From IMG/VR virus record IMGVR_UViG_3300009161_000003, positions 48,923 to 112,922 of that record: 64,000 nucleotides of DNA; one strand, given 5' to 3'. The position numbers were made by a program, and so were the translations under genes. The notes under the pieces were generated by a model. It made no database searches. It was not told the origin of the DNA and saw only the letters and a list, made by a program, of their open reading frames with translations. Origin of the DNA: a virus. The stretch's first letter is position 1. Each line of letters opens with the position of its first letter. Below, piece after piece: positions 56,217 to 64,000 of the stretch.

Positions 56217-58256
56217 TTAGTTACTAGTTTCTAATTTTATTTCACAGTAATCTGTTGTGCAATACATTTCTCCAACGGAATCAAGATTCTCAATACCGTC
56301 ATAAATTGCATCAAAATTAATGTGAGAAACCTTTCCAACATAGCCATCATATTCTTCTTTAGTGATTTGTGTGTATGGCTGTTGTGGATAAGTATGATTT
56401 CCCATTGGAAGGAAAGAAACTGCTTTTAATTGACCTTCGTACATATGAAGTGCTGGAGCAATATGTTTTGTTTCTGTTTCTTTGTCAAAAGACAAGGTTA
56501 CAGATACTCCATTGTCTGACCAATACTTCTGTGTTGTTGCAGCAAGACCAATCTTTTCAAACAAACTTACATCCTTCTCTGATCTTGGATGTCCGGAAGA
56601 TACTGGGAAGTATACTACTGTAGTATTTGCTGATACTAAATCGTCTTCAATTCTATATCCTGCTGCTTTAAATAAATGTAGCATTGGATCTGTATTTCCA
56701 AAACGAATTGCACGTAAGAAGTATTCTCCACCAACAGACCAGTGAACTCCTGGAGATGCTCCAGAAAGTAATGAAACTGATCCTGAAGGTTTCACGGTAG
56801 TTACACGAATTGATTCACGAACACATAGCCATTCTGAATATCGCTTATCATAATGACGAATCTTGTTGTATCCTTCGTCCATCCACTGTCTGGTTGTTGG
56901 CATTCCGTTTGTATCAGTAAATGATGCAATGCCAGTTAACGATGTTCCAATTCTACGGTTTCTTTGCATAATACCGTTTGTAATTTGCCAATGTGTTGGA
57001 AGCAATGTTACAGTCTTTCCATAAAGATATGCAAACTTTAAAGTACGCATAAAATCTTCTTTATCTGTATGACGATTTAAATGAACCTCAACTAATGTAC
57101 ATAACTCATAAGATTCTAGTGGTTGTTCTGCACAAGGATTGAATCCCATAACACGATAGTCTTTTCCATCTGCTGGATCTGCTAGTCTTCCATAATTTCT
57201 TGCAACATCAAGCCAAATAAAACCAGGCTCTCCATTATCTGCAATTAAATCCACATAATCTTCATAATGAGTTCCAACTTCAGCAGAAATAGAGTTATTG
57301 CTCATCCATGCCCATCCTGGATTTTCTGAATCAAACGAGTTACGATCTGGAAATAGTTCTGAATTTTTAAGATTAATAAAATCTTTATCGTTTGGATTTC
57401 CAAGAGCAAGTGTTGCAGATCTGCGAACATTGCCAGAAACAACACACGTTCCAATAAGATTTACAATATCTACAATTGCTCTAGAATCAAACTTCTCTCC
57501 TGCTCTAGAGCCAATTACTTTACGGATCATTGTATGTAGATCTATTAATGGTTTTGGACCGCTTGCAACGCCACCAAAGCCCTTAATTGGGGCTCCTAGA
57601 GGGCGTATCAGATCATAGTTAAATTCTTGAATTGTTTGATTTGCTCTTAAGAATGAATTGAGCAAAAGTCTAACGGATTCTACCCATCCTTCACGAGTAT
57701 CTGGAATTTCATATACAGATGCTGGTTCTGTTGGTGCATAAATAGATAGATCTTTTTCTTGACCTACCGTGTCAAATCCAACTCCAATACCAAGCATTAA
57801 TGCATCCATAACCCAAGCAAATAAAGATCCTGGATCGTTACGATCAATATCTCTTGTTGAAACCATTGCACAGTTCTGAAGAGATGCAGAGTTTTTTCTT
57901 TCCATTGTCATTGGGGTACCAAAAGCCCAAAGACCTCTTCCTGGAGGTGTCCACTTAAGATTAAACATACGGTCATATGCTTCTTGTGCTGATTTTTGTG
58001 CTTTATAATCATTCCAAGGCAGTCTGTTTTCTTTTGCGTGATTCTTCTGTACTGAATACATACCCTCGATTACTCTTTTACAAACCTCATACCATCTTTC
58101 CTTAGTGCCATCATCTTTTACACGGGAGTAAGTACGAACAAAAGTAATCTCTCCTAATGAGTTTCCACCTGCATCTTTGAACCCAAATGGTGGTTCAATC
58201 TCTATATATTTGTTTACAAAATCATCAGAAAAGCGAAAAGAAAATACGTCAGACAC
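56217..58256 (-). CDS. nrdJ: Class II (adenosylcobalamin-dependent) ribonucleotide reductase, monomeric RTPR type
   Basis: RTYSR, PPGRGLW, NC, GNVRRSA, NPCAEQ.L, TVKPSG motifs and C-terminal C...C. Confidence 0.95.
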   Translation of the reverse strand: MSDVFSFRFSDDFVNKYIEIEPPFGFKDAGGNSLGEITFVRTYSRVKDDGTKERWYEVCKRVIEGMYSVQKNHAKENRLPWNDYKAQKSAQEAYDRMFNLKWTPPGRGLWAFGTPMTMERKNSASLQNCAMVSTRDIDRNDPGSLFAWVMDALMLGIGVGFDTVGQEKDLSIYAPTEPASVYEIPDTREGWVESVRLLLNSFLRANQTIQEFNYDLIRPLGAPIKGFGGVASGPKPLIDLHTMIRKVIGSRAGEKFDSRAIVDIVNLIGTCVVSGNVRRSATLALGNPNDKDFINLKNSELFPDRNSFDSENPGWAWMSNNSISAEVGTHYEDYVDLIADNGEPGFIWLDVARNYGRLADPADGKDYRVMGFNPCAEQPLESYELCTLVEVHLNRHTDKEDFMRTLKFAYLYGKTVTLLPTHWQITNGIMQRNRRIGTSLTGIASFTDTNGMPTTRQWMDEGYNKIRHYDKRYSEWLCVRESIRVTTVKPSGSVSLLSGASPGVHWSVGGEYFLRAIRFGNTDPMLHLFKAAGYRIEDDLVSANTTVVYFPVSSGHPRSEKDVSLFEKIGLAATTQKYWSDNGVSVTLSFDKETETKHIAPALHMYEGQLKAVSFLPMGNHTYPQQPYTQITKEEYDGYVGKVSHINFDAIYDGIENLDSVGEMYCTTDYCEIKLETSN

Positions 58257-58356
58257 AATACTCCTTAAATTTAATTATATGTTTTATTATAGCAGAGTTT
58301 TTATTTTATAACAACTCTCAATGTTTAGAATAGGTAGAGATTTTATTTTTATAAAA

Positions 58357-59073
58357 CTATTTATAACTTTTTTTATGCCAATAAAATTTTTTATATCCTC
58401 CAGTAAATAAACTTCTAACCTTTTTTCTTTGTTTAACTATAATATTAAAATCAAAATCTTTATTAAAATCTGCAACCCAATCATTTCTTTTAAATGGAAA
58501 CACTTGAACCAATGGAGTTCCTTTTTTAATTGTTCCTTTAAATTCTTTATCTACAAAAAATGAAAACAAACCATCTGATAAAAGAGTGTCTGTATCAATA
58601 ATTGCAGAAACTGCATGCAATGGAATATAATCTTGGTGTTGTGGCTCCATAAATAAACAACTATATCCTTTTTCTGTTCCTACTACCCAAGCCATATTAA
58701 CTCTAAATAAATACTCTGTAAAAAAATTATGATTAAATGGATAATGAGATATTTGCCCCATCTTGTGAGAACCAATAAGAGGTGTATTTAATTTTTTATA
58801 TTCTTCTGGTATGTTAAAAATTTTATTATTTTCAGTCGTATCAATTTCTATATCTACTGGACATAACAATAAATATCCACTAGTTATTATATCAAAAATT
58901 GCTTGGCAACCTTTTATTGTTGTTACATCAACTGGTTGATTTTCTTGCACAATATAACTAGGTTGGTCCTTATACCATTGCGGAATATTTTTTGACATTG
59001 GTATTGGTGCAGGAAAAACATCAATCATTTTTGGATAAAGATAATTAAATGATATTTTTTTATTTTCTTCCAT
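58357..59073 (-). CDS. Conserved phage protein (DUF6065-like), paralog of 503..1237; leaderless
   Basis: Shares motifs with 503..1237; TGCTATAAT 6 nt upstream of the ATG. Confidence 0.6.
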   Translation of the reverse strand: MEENKKISFNYLYPKMIDVFPAPIPMSKNIPQWYKDQPSYIVQENQPVDVTTIKGCQAIFDIITSGYLLLCPVDIEIDTTENNKIFNIPEEYKKLNTPLIGSHKMGQISHYPFNHNFFTEYLFRVNMAWVVGTEKGYSCLFMEPQHQDYIPLHAVSAIIDTDTLLSDGLFSFFVDKEFKGTIKKGTPLVQVFPFKRNDWVADFNKDFDFNIIVKQRKKVRSLFTGGYKKFYWHKKSYK

Positions 59074-59088
59074 TAATAAATTATAGCA

Positions 59089-60345
59089 TTAGTCTGGTCG
59101 GTCAAATGCTAACATGTTTTCAGTAAAGAAGTTATCATATGGTTCACAGTTAATAGATATTTTATCCATTTGAACTTCTATATTTTCAATTCCTGAAATA
59201 GGTACCCAAGTTCCTTGTGCATAGTTATAAACTTCATAAGTACTATCTATGTTTGGTGTTTGTAAAAATTGTGTAATTCCATCTTTTTTAACTAAAACAT
59301 AGTGTCCGTGTGTGTATAAAGTTCCATTGATATAAATAAAACTTTCAGCAGTTCCTGGAATTACAGACATAACAGTTGTTTCAACAACACGATCATTTGT
59401 TAAATCTATGTCAGAAGATGTCCACTCTGTCCAATTTGTTGTTACTGTATCTTCACCTAAATCCATTGCATATATAACATCTCCAACAACTAAATCTTCA
59501 ATAAACTTAGTGCCTGTTGGTGTCAATACTTTTGTTTGAACTGCAATTGAATCTCCCCAAGAATGATATCCAAAGAAATATGCACCGAAGGCACCGAAGG
59601 CACCAAAGGCACCGAAGGCACCGAAGGCACCGAAGGCACCGAAGGCACCGAAAGCACCAAAGGCACCGAAGGCACCGAAGGCACCGAAGGCACCGAAGGC
59701 ACCGAATGGAGTAAAACTAAATGCTGCAGGTGTTGTTACTACATTAGAGGATGCTGAGTTTGCTGAGTTTCCATTAGCATTTGTTGAAAATACTTGATAG
59801 GATTGTGATGTACCTGCAGTTTCTGCAACTAATAATGTTATGACTGCTGCTCCAACAGCATATGTTGGCCCATCAGAAGAAACTACTGTATTACCAGTAA
59901 TGGCACTTCCGCCTGTTGCATTAATTGTCCAGTTAACTGTGTCTCCTTGTGGAGCATCTCCATATGTTGTAGTGGTTCCAATTGTTGGTGCTTGAGGTAC
60001 TGTTGTTGCAGTAATAGAAGCAGATGCACTTGATTCAGCAGATGATCCATAAGCACTATTTGCTACTACTGTAAATGTATATGCTGTGTTTGATTGAAGT
60101 CCAGTAACTGTAATTGGGGATGTTGCTGATGTTCCAGTAAAAGATCCTGGAGAAGATGTCGCAGTATAGTCAGTTACTACAGCAGTATTTCCTGAAGTTG
60201 CAGGGGTAAAAGTAATAGTTGCAGAACCATTATTATATGGTCTTGAAGTTCCAACATTTGTTGCAGTGCCTATTGTTGGTGCATTTGGAGCAACAAAGTT
60301 ATCCTGTGCTGCTGACTTAATACCTTTTTTTCTACCTGCTGCCAT
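59089..60345 (-). CDS. FN3-domain protein with (FGA)14 tract and C-terminal Hint-like domain
   Basis: Two FN3-like units (P.APTIGT, ITVTGL...TAYTFTV.A). Hint-like blocks SIAVQTKVLTPTG.K.IEDL.VGD.I, ING...THGH.V.V and I.CEPYDNFF.EN.L. Confidence 0.8.
   Translation of the reverse strand: MAAGRKKGIKSAAQDNFVAPNAPTIGTATNVGTSRPYNNGSATITFTPATSGNTAVVTDYTATSSPGSFTGTSATSPITVTGLQSNTAYTFTVVANSAYGSSAESSASASITATTVPQAPTIGTTTTYGDAPQGDTVNWTINATGGSAITGNTVVSSDGPTYAVGAAVITLLVAETAGTSQSYQVFSTNANGNSANSASSNVVTTPAAFSFTPFGAFGAFGAFGAFGAFGAFGAFGAFGAFGAFGAFGAFGAFGAYFFGYHSWGDSIAVQTKVLTPTGTKFIEDLVVGDVIYAMDLGEDTVTTNWTEWTSSDIDLTNDRVVETTVMSVIPGTAESFIYINGTLYTHGHYVLVKKDGITQFLQTPNIDSTYEVYNYAQGTWVPISGIENIEVQMDKISINCEPYDNFFTENMLAFDRPD
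59581..59706 (-). repeat. 9-bp tandem repeat x14 (TTCGGTGCC) encoding (Phe-Gly-Ala)14
   Basis: 126 bp = 14 units; variants occur only at synonymous third positions. Confidence 0.97.
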
Positions 60346-60368
60346 TTTGTCCTCTTCCTATTAATTTA

Positions 60369-62528
60369 TTATGCTGACAAATCTCCCATTACAACCCATG
60401 TATCTGTTGCTCTTTTGAAAAGAGTTGCAGATGACCATTGTGTACGTAACTTTAATCCAGGAGTACTGTTTACTGTTACTCCTGCTGCTCCAGCAATTGT
60501 TACTTGTCCCGCTCCAGTTTGTAATACATCAATAGAAGTTCCTACTGGAAATGCTGTTGTTGCATTTGTTGGAATTGTTAAAGTAGTTCCGCTTGCGCTG
60601 CTAACTTCAATTAAGTTATCTCTAAGAGTTAATCCACCTGTTGATAAGTTATAAGATGCTGTTTGTTGAGAAATTGGTGTCCGTGATACAACACCTTCTT
60701 TAGTTTGTGTACCGTCGGTAAAAATAAATCCACCAGCAGTTGTGCTAAGAACCGCAGTTCCGTTAACCTTTAAATCTTTTCCTGAAGCAAGGTCAATATT
60801 CTCGGAAGATGTCCAAGAAGAAGTTGCATTAACCCAGTTAAAAGTTTTATTTGTTGCACCATTAAGTGTGATACCTCCACCATCAGCAGTGGTATTTGTA
60901 GGTGTTGCAACATCTCCAAGAACAATATTTTTATCTTCAATAACTAAGTTAGTTGAGTTAAGATTTGTAGTTGTTCCATTTACCGTCAAATCTCCAGAAA
61001 GAGTTAAGTTTACTGCTGTAGCAGTTCCAGTAAATGCTGGTGCTGCAAGTGGTGCCTTAGCGTCTAACTGTGTTTGAATTGCTGAAGTAACTCCATCAAC
61101 ATATCCAATTTCAGTAGAGGATACAGTTGAAGAAATACCAAGTTTGGTCCAGCCAATTGCTGCAGATGCGTTAATGTCAGCATCAACAATTGTTCCATCA
61201 AGAATTTTTGCAGAAGTAACTGCACCATCTGCTAAATCTCCAACAACAATTGTTCCATCAGCAATCATTGCAGATGTAACGGTTCCTGAAGGAAGAGTTA
61301 CTGTTCCTGTGAATGTAGGAGAGGCTAGTGGTGCTTTAGCATTTAATTGTGTTTGAATGGCTGAAGTTACGTTATCAAGATAACCAATTTCAGTTGAACT
61401 TACGGTTCCAATTGAGGTATTTGCAGGAAGAACGGTATCTCCAGTAAATGTTTTTGCTCCTCCAATTGTTTGAGCACCTGATTTAAGCACAATGTCGGAT
61501 GTGTCTGAAATACCGTGAACACTTGTTGTATCTTGTTCATGAGAGGTAACATCTGCTACTAGTGCAAATGTTCCTGTTGCATCTGGAATCATTATTGTAC
61601 GATCTGCTGTAGGATCTGTTACTGCTATGGTGGTTTCAAAAGCGTCTGCTGTTGTACCCTCAAAAGTAATACTTCCAGTAAATACTCCGGCATTTGTTAT
61701 ATCTGTTAAGTTTCCTGTTGTAATAACTGTTCCTGTTGCATCTGGAAGAGTAATGGTGCGGTCTGCAGTTGGGTCTGCTACTGCTAATGTAGTTTCAAAA
61801 GCATCTGCTGTAGCACCTTCAAAAAGAAGTGAAGTGGTAAAAGTTTGTCCCGATGCTACTGCACTATCTACATATGATTTATTTGCTGCATCTCCAGTTT
61901 GTGTTGGTGTTGCTATGTTAACAATCTTATAAGTATTATCTAAATCAATATTTCCAGTCATTACTCCGCCTGATTTTGCTAAACGAAGTAATACATCTGA
62001 TGATAATGCTACTGTGCCAGTTGCATCAGGTAATGTAATTGTGCGATCTGCTGTGGGATCTGTTACTGTTAAGGTAGTTTCAAAAGCGTCTGCTGTAGCG
62101 CCTTCAAAAACAATTCCTGTTGTAGCATTAATTGTTGTGCTGTTAATAGTAGTAGTTGTACCACTTACTGTTAAATCTCCTGATACTGTAACGTTTCCAC
62201 TACCGTCGGCCAAAACGACTGTACCTGTTGCGTTTGGAAGGGTAATGGTACGGTCTGCTGTAGGGTCTACTACTGCTAGGGTAGTTTCATAAGCGTTTGC
62301 TGTAGTACCTTCAAAAGAAATACTTGAACCAAATTGGGGATTTACTGTGCTGTCTGAGTCAATAAAGTAATCAAGGTTGATCCAGTGGTTTGTGCCATCA
62401 CCAATTTTAAACTTATTAGTATCTGACTCGTAACCGATTTCTCCGGCTGCAAGGATTGGGCCGTTGCCACTGTTGGTTGATATCCACTGGGCTGCAGTAC
62501 CCCTTCTCTGTTGCATTCTTGTTGCCAT
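60369..62528 (-). CDS. Tail fibre protein with Mtd/hyaluronidase-like N-terminal domain and internal repeats
   Basis: MQQRRGTAAQW...L.AGEIGYE.DT.KFKIGDG N-terminus; repeated fibre modules; C-terminal W...GDL. Confidence 0.8.
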   Translation of the reverse strand: MATRMQQRRGTAAQWISTNSGNGPILAAGEIGYESDTNKFKIGDGTNHWINLDYFIDSDSTVNPQFGSSISFEGTTANAYETTLAVVDPTADRTITLPNATGTVVLADGSGNVTVSGDLTVSGTTTTINSTTINATTGIVFEGATADAFETTLTVTDPTADRTITLPDATGTVALSSDVLLRLAKSGGVMTGNIDLDNTYKIVNIATPTQTGDAANKSYVDSAVASGQTFTTSLLFEGATADAFETTLAVADPTADRTITLPDATGTVITTGNLTDITNAGVFTGSITFEGTTADAFETTIAVTDPTADRTIMIPDATGTFALVADVTSHEQDTTSVHGISDTSDIVLKSGAQTIGGAKTFTGDTVLPANTSIGTVSSTEIGYLDNVTSAIQTQLNAKAPLASPTFTGTVTLPSGTVTSAMIADGTIVVGDLADGAVTSAKILDGTIVDADINASAAIGWTKLGISSTVSSTEIGYVDGVTSAIQTQLDAKAPLAAPAFTGTATAVNLTLSGDLTVNGTTTNLNSTNLVIEDKNIVLGDVATPTNTTADGGGITLNGATNKTFNWVNATSSWTSSENIDLASGKDLKVNGTAVLSTTAGGFIFTDGTQTKEGVVSRTPISQQTASYNLSTGGLTLRDNLIEVSSASGTTLTIPTNATTAFPVGTSIDVLQTGAGQVTIAGAAGVTVNSTPGLKLRTQWSSATLFKRATDTWVVMGDLSA
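61570..62320 (-). repeat. Four dispersed copies of a ~32-aa fibre module FEG.TA.A.ETT..V.DPTADRTI..P.ATGT
   Basis: Visible in both protein and DNA. Confidence 0.9.
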
Positions 62529-62574
62529 AATTTACTCCCCCTAGATTTTATTCTTTCTTTATTATAACATATGA

Positions 62575-63051
62575 TTAATTAAAGTTATCTAACGGACTTC
62601 CGCCATCATAACTAGTTAACCACTCTACTGAATCATAGAATCCTGCAATTTGTGCTGAAGAAAATACATCATCATATGCTCCTGCATCTTGAAAAACGGT
62701 AGTAATAAGTCCCGTTCCATCAATTGCAGTATCGTGAATATGTTGTCTCAAGTTTGCAGTATCATCAAAGGTAGCAATCATAATCCAGTCTGCAGCATCC
62801 GTTGAATATATTGAAAGATGCTGCGTAACTGTATCAAAGTATACTTGTCCATCTACTGGTGAAACTGGAGCAGTTGATTCCGTTGGAAAAACATTTGCAG
62901 AAATTCCTGCAATTGCGGTATCAACATATAATTTAGTTGTTGCATGAGCATTCTGAGTTGGGGTGGCAACTGTAACTACTCCACCAAAGGTACCAGTTGT
63001 GGCTACGTTTAAGCCATTCTTGACCTTGAAGTCTTTATCTACTGTTGCCAT
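62575..63051 (-). CDS. Putative fibre-associated virion protein
   Basis: KDFKVKNGL, A.TK.YVD and P.SP.DGQVYFDT fibre motifs; C-terminal DGGSP. Confidence 0.6.
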   Translation of the reverse strand: MATVDKDFKVKNGLNVATTGTFGGVVTVATPTQNAHATTKLYVDTAIAGISANVFPTESTAPVSPVDGQVYFDTVTQHLSIYSTDAADWIMIATFDDTANLRQHIHDTAIDGTGLITTVFQDAGAYDDVFSSAQIAGFYDSVEWLTSYDGGSPLDNFN

Positions 63052-63072
63052 TTACTACCCCCTATTTTTTTA

Positions 63073-64000
63073 TTAAGCCTCGATGTATGTTTTGTGAACT
63101 TTAACAACTGTGCTTGCTGATGTGCCAGTTACCTGAAGAAGAACGTTTCCAGCACTGTAAACAGCGTTTGTTGTTCCTAGTTCAGCATTGCTAACTACGT
63201 CAGCATACTCTGTTAAGTAAACGTTATTGTTTCCATCAACTGTTACAAGCATTTCAATTACTTCAATATCATTGCCAAGTTTCATTTGAACAAGATATTT
63301 AGCGCTTGAGTATGTTGCTGCTGACCAAGTGTCAATAGTTGTTGCTGATGTTGAAGCGGTTCCTGTTGCAGATCCTGAAAGTGAATCTGGATACTCCATA
63401 GATGTTGCCTTTGCTGCGCCAAGAGTTGGTGTAACAAAAGTTGGGCTATTGGTAAATGCTACTGTTGAAGATCCTGATTCATCAGTTAATGCTGTTGCAA
63501 GGTTTGCAGAAGATGGTGTTGCAAGAAATGTTGCTACGCCAGTTCCAAGACCTGAGATACCAGTTGCTACTGGAAGACCAGTTGCATTTGTAAGAACACC
63601 AGATGCTGGAGTTCCAAGTGCTGGTGTAGTAAGTACTGGTGATGTAAGAGTCTTGTTTGTAAGAGTTTCTGTTACATCTTTAAGTGCTGTTCCGTTTACA
63701 TAATATGACTTTCCTGAAGCAAGATTAAAATGCTCAGAAGATGTCCATGCATCGGTTGCGTCTACCCAGTTAAGTGTGTGATCTGTAGTACCTTTAAGAG
63801 TAATACCACCACCATCGGCACCTGCATCTGTTGGAGTTGCAACTGAACCAAGTGTAAGGTTCTTATCGTCAACTGTGATTTCTGTTGAGTTAATTGTGGT
63901 TGTTGTACCGTTTACTGTTAAATCCCCTGACAAAACAAGAGATGTACCAGTTGCAGCACCAATGTTTGGTGTTACAAGTGTTGGTGTATTAGCAAAAACA
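63073..64000 (-). CDS. Tail fibre-like protein, 5' end outside the window
   Basis: Frame is open from the window edge ([31 protein letters not shown]...); [10 protein letters not shown] motif and a module shared with 60369..62528. Confidence 0.75.
   Translation of the reverse strand, partial: VFANTPTLVTPNIGAATGTSLVLSGDLTVNGTTTTINSTEITVDDKNLTLGSVATPTDAGADGGGITLKGTTDHTLNWVDATDAWTSSEHFNLASGKSYYVNGTALKDVTETLTNKTLTSPVLTTPALGTPASGVLTNATGLPVATGISGLGTGVATFLATPSSANLATALTDESGSSTVAFTNSPTFVTPTLGAAKATSMEYPDSLSGSATGTASTSATTIDTWSAATYSSAKYLVQMKLGNDIEVIEMLVTVDGNNNVYLTEYADVVSNAELGTTNAVYSAGNVLLQVTGTSASTVVKVHKTYIEA

Noticed and set aside
17136-58256. Inteins or introns in DnaE, DnaB or NrdJ
   Set aside because: These proteins are of normal length with contiguous motifs; no Hint or homing-endonuclease insertions seen.
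58257-58356. NrdR box or cobalamin riboswitch upstream of nrdJ
   Set aside because: The gap is only 100 bp and AT-rich, with just a TGCTATAAT promoter and SD; no convincing match to either element.
59581-59706. Tandem repeat as a CRISPR array or non-coding VNTR; plus-strand ORFs 59517..59714 and 59563..59757
   Set aside because: The 9-bp units have no spacers and lie in frame in a minus-strand gene with only synonymous variation. The plus-strand RHR/TEG ORFs are shadows of the repeat.
60369-62528. Diversity-generating retroelement suggested by the Mtd-like N-terminus
   Set aside because: No reverse transcriptase and no adenine-specific TR/VR pair seen; the repeats differ at synonymous sites of all bases.
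521-63703. Numerous plus-strand ORFs in the track (e.g. 6955..7830, 5138..5644, 49442..49870)
   Set aside because: All are antisense to well-supported minus-strand genes, lack SD or promoter support and reflect codon bias of the real genes.
1-64000. Alternative genetic code, integrase/prophage boundaries, or lysis cassette
   Set aside because: Long genes read cleanly in the standard code. No integrase, att-like host junction or recognisable endolysin is present in this window. The small membrane proteins at 3516-3979 lack an adjacent lysin, so they are not called holins.

Overview
A 64 kb AT-rich segment of a large tailed dsDNA phage, with essentially every real gene on the minus strand. It is probably a siphovirus: it has a 2829-aa tape measure protein and a major tail protein but no sheath gene. 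In transcription order (right to left) the window holds: tail-fibre genes; an FN3-(FGA)14-Hint gene; class II RNR; a large virion protein; portal, protease/scaffold, major capsid, head-tail and tail genes; a replication/recombination module (DnaB, primase, SSB, DnaE, RecA-like, Cas4-like, RuvC-like); a terminase displaced far from the portal; and an accessory region. The accessory region carries an S-layer-like secreted protein, Hsp20, a PA14/FN3 surface protein with two small membrane proteins, 2OG-Fe(II) oxygenase-like genes, an HslV-like protease and tRNA-Thr(UGU). Gene content, TGnTATAAT promoters and apparently leaderless genes suggest a low-GC freshwater actinobacterial host (inference). 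Best candidates for new biology: (1) an FN3 protein with a perfect (Phe-Gly-Ala)14 tract fused to a non-canonical Hint domain, in a genome scattered with oxygenase/halogenase genes; (2) a kinase-like cargo domain inside the tape measure protein, bracketed by conserved repeats; (3) cis-RNA elements, namely a ROSE-like thermometer, a possible pseudoknot sRNA and a promoter-in-terminator hairpin; (4) tail chaperone G/GT products apparently made by gene duplication instead of frameshifting. All protein-family calls come from motif recognition by eye; no database search was run.
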